Shown here: positions 1 to 13,759 of the stretch, one piece after another | Layout of the letters: every line of letters starts with the position of its first letter | Position numbering within the stretch: position 1 is the first letter of the stretch | Source: Octopus vulgaris | Lineage: Eukaryota | DNA length: 64,000 nucleotides | NCBI GenBank assembly: GCA_951406725.2 | Contig: OX597841.1 | Coordinates: 8,122,001-8,186,000 of the forward strand | Direction: 5' to 3' | Translations under genes and position numbers: made by a program | The notes under the pieces: model-generated | Told to the model about the DNA's origin: nothing | Seen by the model: the letters and a program-made list of their open reading frames with translations, nothing else | Database searches by the model: none

Positions 1-396
1 GGCCATTTTGAATTGCGAGTACAACTCATTTTTGCCAATGTGAAATAAAGTGTCTTGCTCAAGGACGTGCCAGTGAAGATTGAACTCATGAGCTTCTGAT
101 CATTAACTGAATACCTTACCCACTGAGCCATGTTCCTCCACTCACTACATATATACATAGATACACACACACACACACACACACATACATATATATATAT
201 ACAGAGAGAGAGAGAGAGAATGCATACATACGCATGCATATATACATATGTGTGCGTGTGGGTGTATATATAAATGAATAAAAATCTCAAGAGTCAGAGG
301 AATCGAATTAAACAAAAAACAAAAAAAGGCAAGAGAGAAAAAGAAGAACAACAACAACGAGTTTGTAGTAAAAGTGTTTCCTATATTGAATGAATG

Positions 397-604
397 TCAG
401 TGCCGCCGGTAATTGGGACGAGGGCCTCGACTGTCGAGTGGAGGGCATGGGTTGTCTACCCTGCTGCTGGCTGCTATCGCTGGTGATCGAGACCGTTTTG
501 GTAGAGTGAGGGCAACAGAAGATGTGTCCATTGCTTCTGGGTCATCTCGCATTGAGCTATGTCCTGCTAGGCATCCATCCATCAAAGGGGCCATGGTTGA
601 TGGA
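397..604 (-). CDS. RPS6KB1: p70 ribosomal protein S6 kinase, terminal coding exon (S-PSTMAPLMDG...RPNYRRH*)
   Basis: Acceptor ttgtgcAG at 605-606. Phase 2 matches the preceding exon (AG+T = Ser). The frame is open to TGA at 397-399. Assigned by splice phase and position, not by recognisable homology. Confidence 0.7.
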
Positions 605-849
605 CTGCACAAATAAATACAGAATACATATATACGCATAAATATATATATACAGATAAAATATATATATACATACATACACACACACACAAATGATTAT
701 ATAGAAAAGAAATATGTATATATACACATGAATAAATACAGACAGAAGGTTATATACACACACACACACACACATATATATATATGTATATATAATGTAC
801 TGTTCCATGATAGAAAATTCAACAAAAAGTACTCCATCTGGTGAGAGAT

Positions 850-1830
850 GAATACTATTTACTTAAAGGACACAATACATGTCTTTAAGTGCTGCTAATA
901 GTTTCATGTGTTGAGAAAACTCCAAAATATTCCTCAGGCACAAACTAATTATCATTACTAAAGAAATTGAATAATTAAAGGAACTCGAAAAAAACTAAGG
1001 CAGCGTGCAGAAAATGCAGACAGTAAACAATGGAAAGCAAAAAACAGAAAATGGAAAGTGGAAAACAGAAACTAGAGTGTAAAAAGGTCAGAAAAGGTAA
1101 AAGAGCTCTCCACCTTAGAGCTTAAATGATAAGGCTGAAAAGATATGAAGTCAGTCAGGAATAGGCAGAAGTCACTACAATCCGAAATCATAATACAAGC
1201 GATAGGAAGACCTATATTGGATTATGTGAAGGTGAATTGAAAAATCGCTCTGCTAATCACATCAGCTCCTTCCAACAGAGGGACGAAAGTAAAGCTACTA
1301 AGTTGGCTAGTTACGTATGGAGTTTGAAAGATAACGAAACGCCACATGGGATTAAATGGAAGGTAATTGAAAAATCCATATCTTATGTGAACAGATCGAA
1401 TAAATATAGACTTTGGCTGAAAGAGCGCAGATCCTGTTCAGATCAGAGATCCCTAACTCTCTATTGAACTCCAGGTCAGAAATTTTCAGTGGTTGCGTGC
1501 ATATGTATAAATATATTTTGAAAAATTGGAAAATTCCACCTACCCCTGACCGACTTGATGTCTTTCCAGCCTTATCATTTAAGGTCTTAGGAGGATAACT
1601 CTTTTACCTTTTTACTTTTTATTTTTGACATTTTAGTTTTCCATTTTCTCTTCTTTCTCTCGACATTTTCTTCATGCTGTCTTCTCAGTTTTTTTCGCAT
1701 TTCTTCTATTATTCAATTTCTTTAGTTTGTTATGATACGTGGTTTGCACCCAAAGATTATGTTTCAGTTTTCTCAACAGGAAACTATTTGTAGCACTTTA
1801 ATACATGAGTTGTAACCTTTAATTGAATAA
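850..1830 (+). mobile_element. Penelope-like retroelement relic: GIY-YIG endonuclease fragment between inverted pLTRs
   Basis: ~1205-1500 translates as KTYIGLCEGELKNRSANHISSF...LASYVWSLK...IKWKVIEK...LNSRSEIFSGC, a PLE GIY-YIG C-terminus. ~850-1170 and ~1535-1830 are diverged inverted repeats. Confidence 0.75.
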
Positions 1831-1989
1831 CATATAACTATATACACATACACATATATATATATAGAGAGAGAGGGAGGGAGGGAGAGTCAATAGCTGA
1901 GATCCAGAGCTTCTCACTCTAACAAATTTTATAATCTTATCTTCAGTATTAAATCTCGTAGTAACAACTTCAATTGGTTTCTCATGTGC

Positions 1990-2940
1990 AAGTCCAACTC
2001 TGTTGTCATCTCAATGAGCAAAGAGACAATGCATTGCTGATTTGCTCTGGGCAGGAGATGACCATCAAGCAAATTTCTGAGTTGGTTAATGTGTCGTTAA
2101 GCACAGTTTACGACATCAAGAACTATTTGGATAACACCAGAGGTATTCAGAAGAAACTGAAGCAACCAATAACAAGTGAGATCCAGCATACCTGAAGGCC
2201 CTCAAATCTAAAATTTCAAAGGATCCAACGACATCTCTGACAAAACTGACAACTGAAATGAAAATTGATACCAAGACTGTTAGAAATACTGTTCACTGTG
2301 ATTGAATCCTGCAACATTTTGTGCCAACTCCAAGACACCCCCTGACCGATTCAATGAAAGTCAGGAAGCTTGAGAGAGCAAAAAAAGTGTTGTGCCTTCC
2401 TGAAGAGGTCAGGATCCACTGCGGAAAATAGTTTCTGACGAGAAAATCTTCACTGTGGATTCTGTTGTGAACAGACGAAACGATTGGTTTATTGCTGAAT
2501 CACTATCTCAAGTGAAGGGTGTCTACAGAGCAAAGCATCCTGCTCGGGGGAGGCAGTTGTGGCATCACATGACAAAAGAAAAACAATGGCCCAACATTTT
2601 TTACATTCTCCTGAGAGAATCGGTGCTGATGTCTATTACAAAGCGTGAAGATAGCATGTCCTGCTTTAGCCTAATTAGCTAATTACCCTAAACGTAATTA
2701 TATGTAGATTCAGGATGGAACACCTGCTCATACAGCAAAGGAAGTACAAAAGCAACGAAGGGACAATTTTGCTGATTCGTAGCCCTTCTCCAGCCCCGAC
2801 TCGAATCCACTGGACTATTCTAGTTGAGGCACTTTAGAGCAGTCTACCAACAGAGTTTTGAAGAAAGAATGGGCCAAATTGCCCAAACTTCAGATGCCAT
2901 ATCCAATTGGTGACAGACAATATTGGGGGTCACATTAGAG
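1990..2940 (+). mobile_element. Degraded IS630-Tc1-mariner (maT/DD37D-like) transposase relic
   Basis: Fragments: HTH (IKQISELVNVSLSTVYDIK), SDEKIFTVD, QDGTPAH, SSPDSNPLDYS. Multiple stops and frameshifts. Confidence 0.75.
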
Positions 2941-3312
2941 CAGACTCTCTATTATTGGCAGCAATAACTTAAGGATAAATAATCTTGCTTAATGTTGACC
3001 CTTCCATCTACAAATAAACATTTCCAAATTCTTTTTGGCTTTTCCAAGTTTTGCTTTTCTATCCTGTAAATGTCTGTATGTATATGTATATATGTGTGTG
3101 TGAGTGTGTGTGTATATATATATGCATGTGTATATATCTTATACATACATATATGTATGTATATCTGCATGTATGTGTACATATCTATACATATATATGA
3201 GTGTGTATGTGTAAACATATATACTTTTATTTTTATTCTTCGGTTTAACAAAGTTATAAAACGAAGTTATAACATTATTCTCCTATACATATGTATCTCT
3301 CTCTCTCTATGT

Positions 3313-3343
<31 letters not shown>

Positions 3344-3445
3344 CATATACATACAAACATACATGTGTGTATAAATAAATGAATATTTGAAGGGAGAAAC
3401 TGAGATATACACAAGTTATATACACGGTGGTGGATTTAGCTTTAC

Positions 3446-3540
3446 CTTGTTGGTCCACGGAAACCAGCCATCAGTTGACAACGTGGAGACTTTGATTTGA
3501 GTAATTCAGTGAAGACAGATGGCGCCACATATGTGAAACC
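3446..3540 (-). CDS. RPS6KB1: p70 S6 kinase exon with hydrophobic motif (GFTYVAPSVFTELLKSKSPRCQLMAGFRGPT)
   Basis: tttccAG acceptor and GTaaag donor. With the previous exon it gives FLGFTYVAPSV, the S6K hydrophobic motif (Thr389 equivalent). Confidence 0.95.
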
Positions 3541-3964
3541 CTGGAAACAGTTCAGAAGAAAAAAGAAGAAAATTATTTAAGAACTTGAAGAACAATCAGA
3601 GACCAAACCCTTCTTCCCCGCCCTAAAACCTTTTTCCTCGCATAAAAACTGAAATGTATATTTAGGTTTATTCAGACATAGTGTATCTAGGAGAACATCA
3701 TTTAATGTATCCTTCCTTGTTGTTTAACTCCAGCAAACCTATGATCATAGATGTTCCAACTGTGACCATCCTGTCTTCCACTCATTCATTTCCAACTCAC
3801 CCCAACCCTCTTGCTCTCCCATCCCTATACTGTATACACTACCGCCACCATCACCCTAGTTCCTCCCCAAAAAAGCCACGGTTTAAGACCAGCCTTAAAT
3901 GGGTCAGTCTCTTCGCTTTGAGAGACAATGTCAACAACATCAACACCGACCATTATTAAATACC

Positions 3965-4002
<38 letters not shown>

Positions 4003-4004
4003 TG

Positions 4005-4725
4005 GTTCCAGATTTTGCCTCAAGGGCAGCAGTCTTGTTGGAAAGGATGAATTGATTTTATTGACCCCAGTGTTCAACTGGTACTTATTTTATCAACCCC
4101 AAAAGGATGAAAGGTAAAGTTAACCTCGGCAGGATTTGAACTCAGAACCTAGCGCCAGGAGAAACACTGCTAAGCATTTTGTCCAGCACACTAACTACTC
4201 TGCCATCTCCCTGCTTCCATAATAATAATAACAATAATAATTATAATTATTATTATTATTATTATTATCCTTTCCACTGGAAGCACAAGGCCTCAAATTT
4301 GGGGGAAGGGATTAAGTCGATTGTATTGATCCCAGTGCATAACTGGTACTTATTTAATTGAAAGGATGAAAGGCAAAGTCAACCACGGCAGAATTTGAAC
4401 TCAGAATGTAGGGACAAGCAAAATACTGCTAAGCATTTCGCCCAGCACACTAACAATTCTGCCAGCTTGCTACCTTAATAATAATGATAATAATAATAAA
4501 AATAATAATCCTTTCCATTATAGGCTCAAGGCCTGAAATTTGTGGGGAGGGGCCAGTTGATTAGATTGACCCCAGTATGCAACTGCTACTTAATTTACCA
4601 ATCCCGAAAAGATGAAAGGCAAAGTTGATCTCAGCGGAATTTGAACTCAGAATGTAGGGGTGGTTGAAATACCACTAGGCATTTCGTCAAGCGTACTAAC
4701 GATTCTGCCAGCTCACCACCTTCAT
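4005..4725 (-). mobile_element. Three head-to-tail tRNA-derived SINE copies separated by (AAT)n/(TTA)n tails
   Basis: ~4010-4215, ~4270-4475 and ~4510-4722 share near-identical blocks (gaaaggatgaaaggcaaagt...atttgaactcagaa...gctaagcatt). The same family recurs at ~15470-15690, ~17170-17370 and ~38200-38405. Confidence 0.8.
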
Positions 4726-5390
4726 AATATTAATGACCTAAGATTAAGAGACATTCCTCTGAAACACTCTGGCCAAATACCAGGAAAGCCCCGAGTTGTC
4801 TGAAGTACAAATAAATGGCTCTTAGGGACACTGCCAAGGAACTAAGGAAAATATTATCAACCGGAAATTACCTGATTCTTTGAAAACTACCAAAAGTGAA
4901 ATAATTAAGATTTCAGAAAAATCTTGGTTCTTAGGTTGTAGTGTGGTTTGCATAGAATATATGGTTGCTAACGATAAGAGGCAGAAAGTGTAAAACGTCC
5001 AGTTTGCTGTTGGTTGAGGTGTGTGGATGAGGTTTGGAACTGGTCATGTAAAAGCAAACAACAATAAGGTAAACCCTTGGAGGTTGTTGCCGAAAATCTA
5101 AGAATACTTCAACCAAATAAGGAAGGAAGGGAAGGATGAAGGGGGTGGAGGAAGGAAGACAAAGACAAACAGACAGACAGATAAGCAGATTGAGAAAGAA
5201 GGATAGACAAACAGAGAGACAGGAAGATAGCCTGGCAGAGAAATCCTTGCAGAGGGAGGCAAAAGAATGGCGAGAGGGAGGCAAAGAGAATGGCAGAGAG
5301 ATGGAGACAGAGGGAGGCAAAGAGAATGGCAGAGAGATGGAGACAGACAGACAGACGTGTAGATAGGGTGGCATGCATGGACATACTAAC

Positions 5391-5498
5391 CAGAAATAAC
5401 TCGTTAGCACTGTCACTAAGAATGGTGTCATCAGGGGAATCGACAGGGGTCTGTCTGGTGAATTTACTGTCAAAATGGCTAACATCTTCATCTCCACT
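5391..5498 (-). CDS. RPS6KB1: p70 S6 kinase exon, AGC C-tail turn motif ([36 protein letters not shown])
   Basis: 108 nt, AG/GT bounded, phase 0. Closely matches vertebrate S6K1 [35 protein letters not shown]. Confidence 0.96.
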
Positions 5499-5689
5499 CT
5501 GGTTAAAAAAAAACAAAAAACAGGAACATATAGAGTAATATACACACAGCATATATATATATAAATATACATACATCCACACACATATATATATAGAGGA
5601 CGTTTGCATGGAAGGGCAAGAAAACACAACATCCCAGTGAAAAATAAAAGCATTTTGAAAACAAAACTGGCCAACTATCAACTAGGTTA

Positions 5690-6400
5690 TGGTTGGGTGA
5701 TAACAGCTTCTTCAGAGTAGCTTCACTCAGCTTCCATCACGGCCTCAAGATGGCTCTGGAACCTGGCACATTCGTTCCTTACTATGTTGGCCAAGGTGCT
5801 ACAGGAAGAGCTGCTGGTGTCTTTCTCGACCGTGCCCCACACATAGTAACCCATGGGATTACAATTAATTAGGCGGGGCCAAAAACTGGGGCTGGACAAG
5901 TCATAAAATTTCTCTGATAACTACTTCTGACTGTTTCCAGGGGGATGGCAAAGAGCCAAATCCTTCTGCCACACACACATGGCCTTCCAGTACCAAGCCT
6001 CTCCTGCCAGGCTTTGACAATCGTCTCCAGTATGTTTACATTGCTATCTAAATTGAGCCTTTAAACCCTTTCCAAAGATGCAGGACATCTCACCCTAACT
6101 GGAGATACACCCAGAGCCCATCACAGTTTAGGGGAACTTGGTTTTCATGATACAAGGGGCATGAAATTGTTTGTAGGCAACAACCCTGCTGTTTCTGGGT
6201 GTCATGCAACCTCTCCTGGTAGAAGTTCTTTTCAGCTGAGAAGAGCCAAATTGTCCCCGTTCACTCGGATACTTCAACTTGTTCAGGAACTTCTTTGCGA
6301 TTCTCCTTGGCCTTCGCTCTTAGAATTTCTCCCTGGCACCTTTTCTATGAATAGTAGCAAAAGTCCTCATTCAGGGCCAACTCCGGCCAGACCCCGGCAC
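5690..6400 (-). mobile_element. Degraded Tc1/mariner-superfamily transposase relic
   Basis: Minus-strand fragment with FWP...NCNPMGYYVWGTVEK (decayed SPDLNPLDYYVW motif) and upstream DDD-domain-like pieces; heavily interrupted. Confidence 0.6.
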
Positions 6401-6444
6401 GAGTGCAACACCCTCACCATTAGGCCATGCGCCCTCATATATCT

Positions 6445-6812
6445 TTTATCTTTTACTTGTTTCAGTCATTAAGCTGGGGCCAGGCTGGGGCACCACCTTG
6501 GATTTTCAGTCAAGTGCTAATTTTTTAAGCTTGGTACTTATTCTATTGGTCTCTTTTGTCAAACTGCTAAGTCATGGGGATGTAAACACACCAACATCAG
6601 TTGTCAAGCAGTGGTGGTGGGAACAAACACAGACATACACACATATATATGATGGGCTTCTTTCAGTTTCCATCTGCCAAAATCCACTCACAAAGCCTTG
6701 GTCGACCTGAGGCTATAGTAAAAGACACTTGCCCAAGGTGCTATGCAGTGGGCCTGAACCTGGAACCATGTGGTTGGGAAGCAAGGTTCTTACCACACAG
6801 CCATGCCTGTGC
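6445..6812 (-). mobile_element. tRNA-derived SINE (octopus-type family)
   Basis: Minus strand begins ggcatggctgtgtggtaaga...ggttcaggcc (Pol III A/B boxes) and ends gaaacaagtaaaaga. Other copies at ~9300-9570, ~16890-17050, ~17450-17880, ~19050-19460, ~25960-26310, ~45220-45440. Confidence 0.8.
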
Positions 6813-7695
6813 CTATATAAATATATATGATATCTTATTCGTAATGAGATCTTTCAAGAGGTTTTCATCCTGCTCAGCTAACAGAAGCAGCAGCCATCTT
6901 ATTGCCAGGCTTCTCAATCGGCCACCGACAAAACGACACTTTTAAATAGAAACCCATCTGTTATCTCACATTCATATATCAGGGGTGGTAATTCAGTTGT
7001 GTCCCTTCCACCTTTAGCCCTATACTTCCCTCACAGCAGTGGTTTGCAACCAGGGTCCATATGGATTCCCTGTAGGGGCCACAAAAGATTTTGTTGTTAA
7101 AAATTTACAGGCAACAAATTGGTTTTGCTTCCACAATCTTTTTTAAAGCAATTCCTGATAATATCTAATAATAAATATATAATATGATTTTTTAAACATC
7201 GGATGGCTAAAAGGGTCGACCAGAGAAAGATAGCAATCAAAAGAGTCCCTAGGTAAAAAAAAAAATGATTGAGAAACAGCCTCCCAAGCAATATTTTAGC
7301 CCCCAAAGTGATTTATAACATTCATCCATCCCTCTATGATGGAACGGCTGAACTGGTTATTGCATCTGAACAATATTCCATCTCCCTCTACCCGAGAGTG
7401 GTCGAGTATTCCATAGCTTCTATTTTCATGCAGAAAGACAGTATGCAGGTGAAACAAGCTTAGTCTTTGTTTTACAGGTACATTTCTTCCGACGGGCTTC
7501 TCCACAGTTTCCAGAGAATTGTGTCCAATTTCTCTGACAAGCTCACCACCAATGTTGCACAACGCTTCCCCAAGATGCCAGTTAATGGGATTGAACCCAG
7601 AAGCACGTAGTTTGCAGCAGAGCGAGCTTCTTAACCACAAAATCATTCCCCCTCATTCACACACATCCAAACAAGGAGATCAGACTTCAAATTTA

Positions 7696-7851
<156 letters not shown>

Positions 7852-9392
7852 TCATGTAACAAAGCCATACCATCACTGTAACAATACCATACCCTCATCA
7901 TACCATTTGCATACCATAAACACATCACATACCATCACCTTACTCTCTCACTCTCTCCATACTGCCTCGTACTACCACCTTACTTTCAGCCATCCACCCA
8001 CCTCCAATCACCATACCATCCTGTGATACACAATCATGTTATCACTTCCATACCATCACCATACCATCAGCTGGTACCTGGCCATTAATGTCATCACACA
8101 CCTTACAGTCGTATTGTAGAGCTAAAGTGAGGAGATATATATGTGTGTGTGTCCGTGTCCGTGTGTCCTTTGTCTGTAGAATAGTGAAGAATAAAAAGTA
8201 GAGAGAGAGAGAGAGAGCACACACCACACACATGCCTTGGATAGGAAAGCAGACATAGGACAGTAACATTCCAAGGTGACCTTGTGCATCTCTCAACAAC
8301 AATACCAATTTCAGCAGAAAAATTGAGGAAAGGCGTGATGAAGCGAAGTGAAGTAAAATCTATCTCCTGGAAGGAACGTCAGTCCCTCTCAGCCTATCGA
8401 CAGCATCTAATGCGCGTAGAAGCAGAGGCAAGCATGAACATAGAAACACAGATTAGAAAAGGCACTTGTGCATGCATATATGACAGAGCGCAGGTTTTGG
8501 GCCGAAGCAATGCAGCATAAGGAATGGTTTGCTTCTGGAAGATCTTTACAATGCAATACAAGAGATGAGAAGCCAGAGATTTCTCTCTCTCTCTCTCAAT
8601 AACCTTTTAAGAAATACATTTTCTGCATTGTAACAAGCTTAGCAAACACCTGTGTGTGTGTGTGTGTGTGTGTGTAATTAACATGAAGTCATTATTTTTA
8701 AGCAAGATAAAGAATGACAACAGAACAGTGACTGGTTGATGAAACGAAGTTGCAGTCAACATGAATTCTACAATATCTAACAAAGCTATCCACACACACA
8801 CATTTATTTGATTGTTTCACAAGATTCCTGATGTGAAATTGTGTGTTGAAACAGACATTGTTATCCTTGGGGATGGTCATATGTTTGCCAATTAACCAAA
8901 TGCACTCTTCCCTTCATTCTTATTATTTTCCATCTCAGCTCTTTCCTCACACATCCTGTGACCTCTTCAGTCACTCTCCATCCCATGTGTCTCCTCTTAA
9001 AATATTAATAAGCTCAACCGAAAAACAAATTGGCAAAATACGACCATTCCCAAGTATAAATATATCATCATCATCATCATCATGTAGTGTCTGCTTTCCA
9101 TGCTGGCATGGGTTGGACAACTTGACTGAAACTGGTAAACAGGAGGGCTGCACCAGGCTCCAATCTGATTAGGCAGGGTTGCTATGGCTGGATGCCCTTC
9201 CTACCTTTTTCTCTTATCTTTTACTTCTTTCTCTCACTTGACCACAGCTAGCACTCAGTTTTGTAAAGCCTCCTGTTTATTCTGTCAGTGTCCTTTGCCC
9301 CACCGCTAAGTCACAGGGGTGGGTGGTTAAACACACCAACATCAGTTGTCAAGCAGTAGTGGGGTACAAACACAGACACAACACATACATAC

Positions 9393-9435
<43 letters not shown>

Positions 9436-9892
9436 CAGGCTTCTTTCAGTTTCTGTCTACCAAATCCACTCACAAGGCATTGGACAGCCTGAGGTCATGC
9501 AATGGGACTGAACCCACAACCATGTGGTTGGGAAGCAAGCTTCTTACCACACAGCCATGCCTGCACCTATATATAATGTACATATAACGCTCAGCATCCT
9601 CATCATTGAAGCTCCATTCTCCCTGCTGGCATGGGTTGGATGGTTCAATGAGCTGGCATGTCAGAGGGCTGCACTAAGCTTTACTCTCGGCTTTGCGATG
9701 GTTTCTAAAGCTGGATGGCTTTCTTAATGCCAATCACCACAGAGTGGACTGGACGCTTTCTACATGGCTTCAGGGTCTCAATTTTACTTAGATGAACAAG
9801 TGTGTGCGTGTGTATACATATACACACACACACACACACACACATATACACTCCCATGGATATACACAAGTACATGGACACATACTTATACA

Positions 9893-9950
<58 letters not shown>

Positions 9951-10428
9951 AGTAAATCTAAGGATAAGCCAAATGCTTGCCCCTACATTTACTCCTCCAC
10001 CTGTGCTCAGTTGAAACCCCTTGAGCATTACAAAGTATATTCTACACGAAGAATATCTGATTCTCATCATACATATGTATGTGTGTGTGTATGGAGTTCT
10101 TGGTGCAGAATAATATATTTGAGAAAATGAGTAGAGATGGCTTTGTGGGGGAATCATTTTTATTTTAATGGTAATGTTTACAGTTACTCCAAAGAGTTTC
10201 CAGCTTTTCAATAGCCATTTTCAAACTGAAATTCTGGGGTTTAGAAGGTTGTTTATAGAGCAAAAGATCTTTTTTTCTTATAAGAATATGAATAGAAAAT
10301 AAAAAAATATAAAAACTAATATAAAAAATGATATAAAAACAATAATAAAAGAAAACAAAAAGTACAACAAAAGTGAAAAAGAAAGAAAAAGGTGGAAAGG
10401 AAAAGAGTAAGAGGCTGTATATGTATGA

Positions 10429-10487
<59 letters not shown>

Positions 10488-10522
10488 CGTGTATGCATAT
10501 GATTGCTTATATATATCTGTGC

Positions 10523-10553
<31 letters not shown>

Positions 10554-12048
10554 CACACATGTGTATGTGTGTATGCATATATGTGTATCTATGCGTGTGT
10601 ATGTGTGTGGATATTTGTCCATATACTTATGTGCATGTGGGTGTATGTGCAAATGTATGTGTGTGTGGATGTCTGTATACATGTGTGTAGAGGTGTGTAT
10701 ATGTGTCTGTGTGTGTGTGTGTGTGTGTGTGAGTAAATAAGGACACACCATACCAACTGTGAAAGATGAATAAAATGACCTCAAATCAAAAGATTCACAA
10801 AGGTCATCTTCTGACAAGAACCCAACATCTTTGACCACTCCTAAGAATATTCCATTGATGACCTCAGAAATTATATATATATAAATATATATTAAATATA
10901 TGTGTGTGTGAGTGTGTGTGAGTATATGTATGAATATATACATACATACATATATATATAGATACATATATATATATACATACATATATATATGAATATA
11001 TATATATGTGTGTGTGAGTATATGTATGAATATATATATATATATTACATGTATATATATGCATATATATGTATGAATAGATATATATGCATATATATAT
11101 ACACATGTATATATATGCAGGAATATATATGTATGCATATATATATATACATATATATATGTATATATATATACACACACACACACATATATATATGTAT
11201 AAAAACACATATATACGAACAAAATGCCCCCCCCATCTCCCCGTCCAATGGCCGGTGCCGAGTTGTCAAACATTTAAACCAAATTTTCTCAAAACAACCT
11301 GTCCGACAGTCCCATAGGCCACCCCTTTGAGAAGCACTGATTTAACCTAAATTTGAGACACCAGCAAAAGAAGAAATAAAGATAGACTTTTTTTCTATTC
11401 CAAAGAAAAACGATTTTATTCACCCAAATATGCAACCGAAGAGTTTAAAGTACCAGAAATGATAAGTCTGTAGACTGGGAGAACACAAACATGGAAAATC
11501 ATTTATTAACAAGAAAATTATATTTTCTTCCTTGAATAAAAAGCAATCTGTGTTTTCTTTTCATTAAAAAATAATTAAGCATGCCTTTATTTCAATAAAA
11601 TTTTTGGTTTTGTTAAACGAAATTAAGGCAAAAAAAAAGAAAAGACTTCTTCAGAAACAAAATAGTTTTTCCTTCCTTCATGCCAAGTTTGGAGAAAATA
11701 TCTCTTTTGCATCTTACTTTTTTGGTCTCTTAAATATTCTGCATTTTGTGGCATTATTTCAAGCCAGCCGGCTTTTTTACGCAAACTGCACGTGCAATTT
11801 TCTCGCGTATGCGTAGTATCGATCGCAACAGCTAATGTACTTGTGCGTACAAATGCACGTTCCCACGGCTTTGCCAATCGTATTCTCCCCTGGAATCGAT
11901 TTTTGTAATTTTTTCAAGACTTACACACGCCCTGATACCGTCAGTATCTACATATCAAATTTGAGTGCAATCGGATGGAGGATGCCCGAGATCCTAGAAG
12001 ACACACAGACAGACAGACAGAACAGGAGAACGGGTTTTATATAAGAAA

Positions 12049-12140
<92 letters not shown>

Positions 12141-12220
12141 TTTTAATATGTCTTTGTAGTTTGATAGTTGATGATCTATTTCTAGCATGCGGCCAACCAC
12201 CTAACGGTCGTGCCCTGTCA

Positions 12221-12266
<46 letters not shown>

Positions 12267-12385
12267 CCATCATTCTAACCATACAACATACATATATATA
12301 TGTTTATATATCAGGGCATTACCATACATAAATACCTCACACTATGAGGAACTATTACAGTCAAACTACCATAACAAACACATAC

Positions 12386-12423
<38 letters not shown>

Positions 12424-12439
12424 TTTCAATTTGACCATA

Positions 12440-13170
12440 GATTCCCTATTTCTCGGTCAGTTTAAACATAAACCAGCTGCACTCTGCTACACCCTCTATA
12501 AATTCCCTCCTGGGAATCACCAACTTTAAGAGAATCTTACATTGCTTATAAACTCTACATCTGGATGGACTCATATTAAACTCTGTTGGACTTTTGGATT
12601 TTACTCAAAGGATACTGGAATATTGCACATATATACCCTGATGCCTATAAAACGGATTTACGAATCCAATACCCATACATATCTTACATCTATTTTCTTT
12701 CCTCCATCTCACTCGCTATTTGTATCACATTGAAACTATGACTTAATTTTTCCTCTCACACCGTCTCCGATGAAGGGATATTATTAATTAATATCCTACA
12801 AACAGCTGTAAGACCTTCTATCTATAAATGCTCTAATATCTATACAGCCTTGGTTTTTTTATCTCATTACGCAAAAAATTCATATATTTAATCGAAGACT
12901 GTTTGATTTCCTTATTTTCCTTCTTTTTACCTGTGTGAGTTACAGGTAAGGCTATCTGTGGAGTCATATTTTGTAGCGAAGAAGAAATAACGGTCTTTTG
13001 GCTGCTATTTCTAAATTTTCGGTATGTGGAGAAGCAACTTGTTGCTAAACCCTTAATTACTGTTATAATTAAATATAGAACTTCTTGTATAAGTTTTTAC
13101 TGAATATGGTTCTTTTCTATACCGAAACTACTTGGTAAAATTTATTAATTATAAATTAATAATTTTTTAA
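12440..13170 (+). mobile_element. Penelope-like pLTR relic with decayed hammerhead motif
   Basis: 12763-12814 reads gtct-CCGATGA-stem-CAAAC-agct-GTA-agac. 13000-13170 resembles the pLTR sequence at 55690-55840. Confidence 0.55.
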
Positions 13171-13234
13171 ACCTATATCTATAAAATATATATATATATA
13201 CATATATGTATATATATATATATATTTAATAACG

Positions 13235-13730
13235 AACCATGTAATTTGGAACCCCTATCTTGCACAGAACATTGACCTCCTGGAATCTGTCCAGAGACGT
13301 GCAACCAAACGCATACCCTCCATCAGACACCTACCATATTCTGAGCGCCTTGTTTCCCTGGGCATGGATTCACTGAAGCTCCGGCGTTTGGCGACGGACT
13401 TGGTAAACACCCACAAAGTTATCAACCACCTCACCAACAACAACACTGAACACCTTTTTGATCTCCATGTGTCTAACACACGTGGACATGCCTACAAAGT
13501 CAGAAAACAATACAGCTCCCATGACTTTCGGAAACATTTTTTCACGCTCAGAGTTGCTGAAGCATGGAATAAACTGCCTGCGTCAGTTGTTGACTGCCAT
13601 GACACTGCATCTTTTAAGGCCCTCATGCTTTCCGAAATCCGCCGAAACTACACCTGATTATATATACACTTTAGATGAGTTGTAGTGCACCTGAGCACTG
13701 TACACAATTATTATTATTATTATTATTAAT
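13235..13730 (+). mobile_element. CR1-clade LINE 3' end (RT C-terminus, 3'UTR and (ATT)n tail)
   Basis: WNPYLAQNIDLLESVQRRATKRIP...YSERL..LGMDSLKLRRL...RGHAYKV...FFTLRVAEAWNKLP followed by a short UTR and (att)n. Confidence 0.9.
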
Positions 13731-13759
13731 TCACACTCTGGAAAATTTATTTTTGTAAA

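Noticed and set aside
4931-5681. 247-aa and 190-aa ORFs over the S6K exon
   Set aside because: Only 5391-5498 is a real exon; the rest is intronic simple repeat.
9705-12530. Long YI/CV/HT-rich ORFs here and at 40900-41450, 45330-45880, 52345-52790, 55800-56190 and 63430-63990
   Set aside because: They are translations of (TA)n, (CA)n and (GATA)n microsatellites, not genes.
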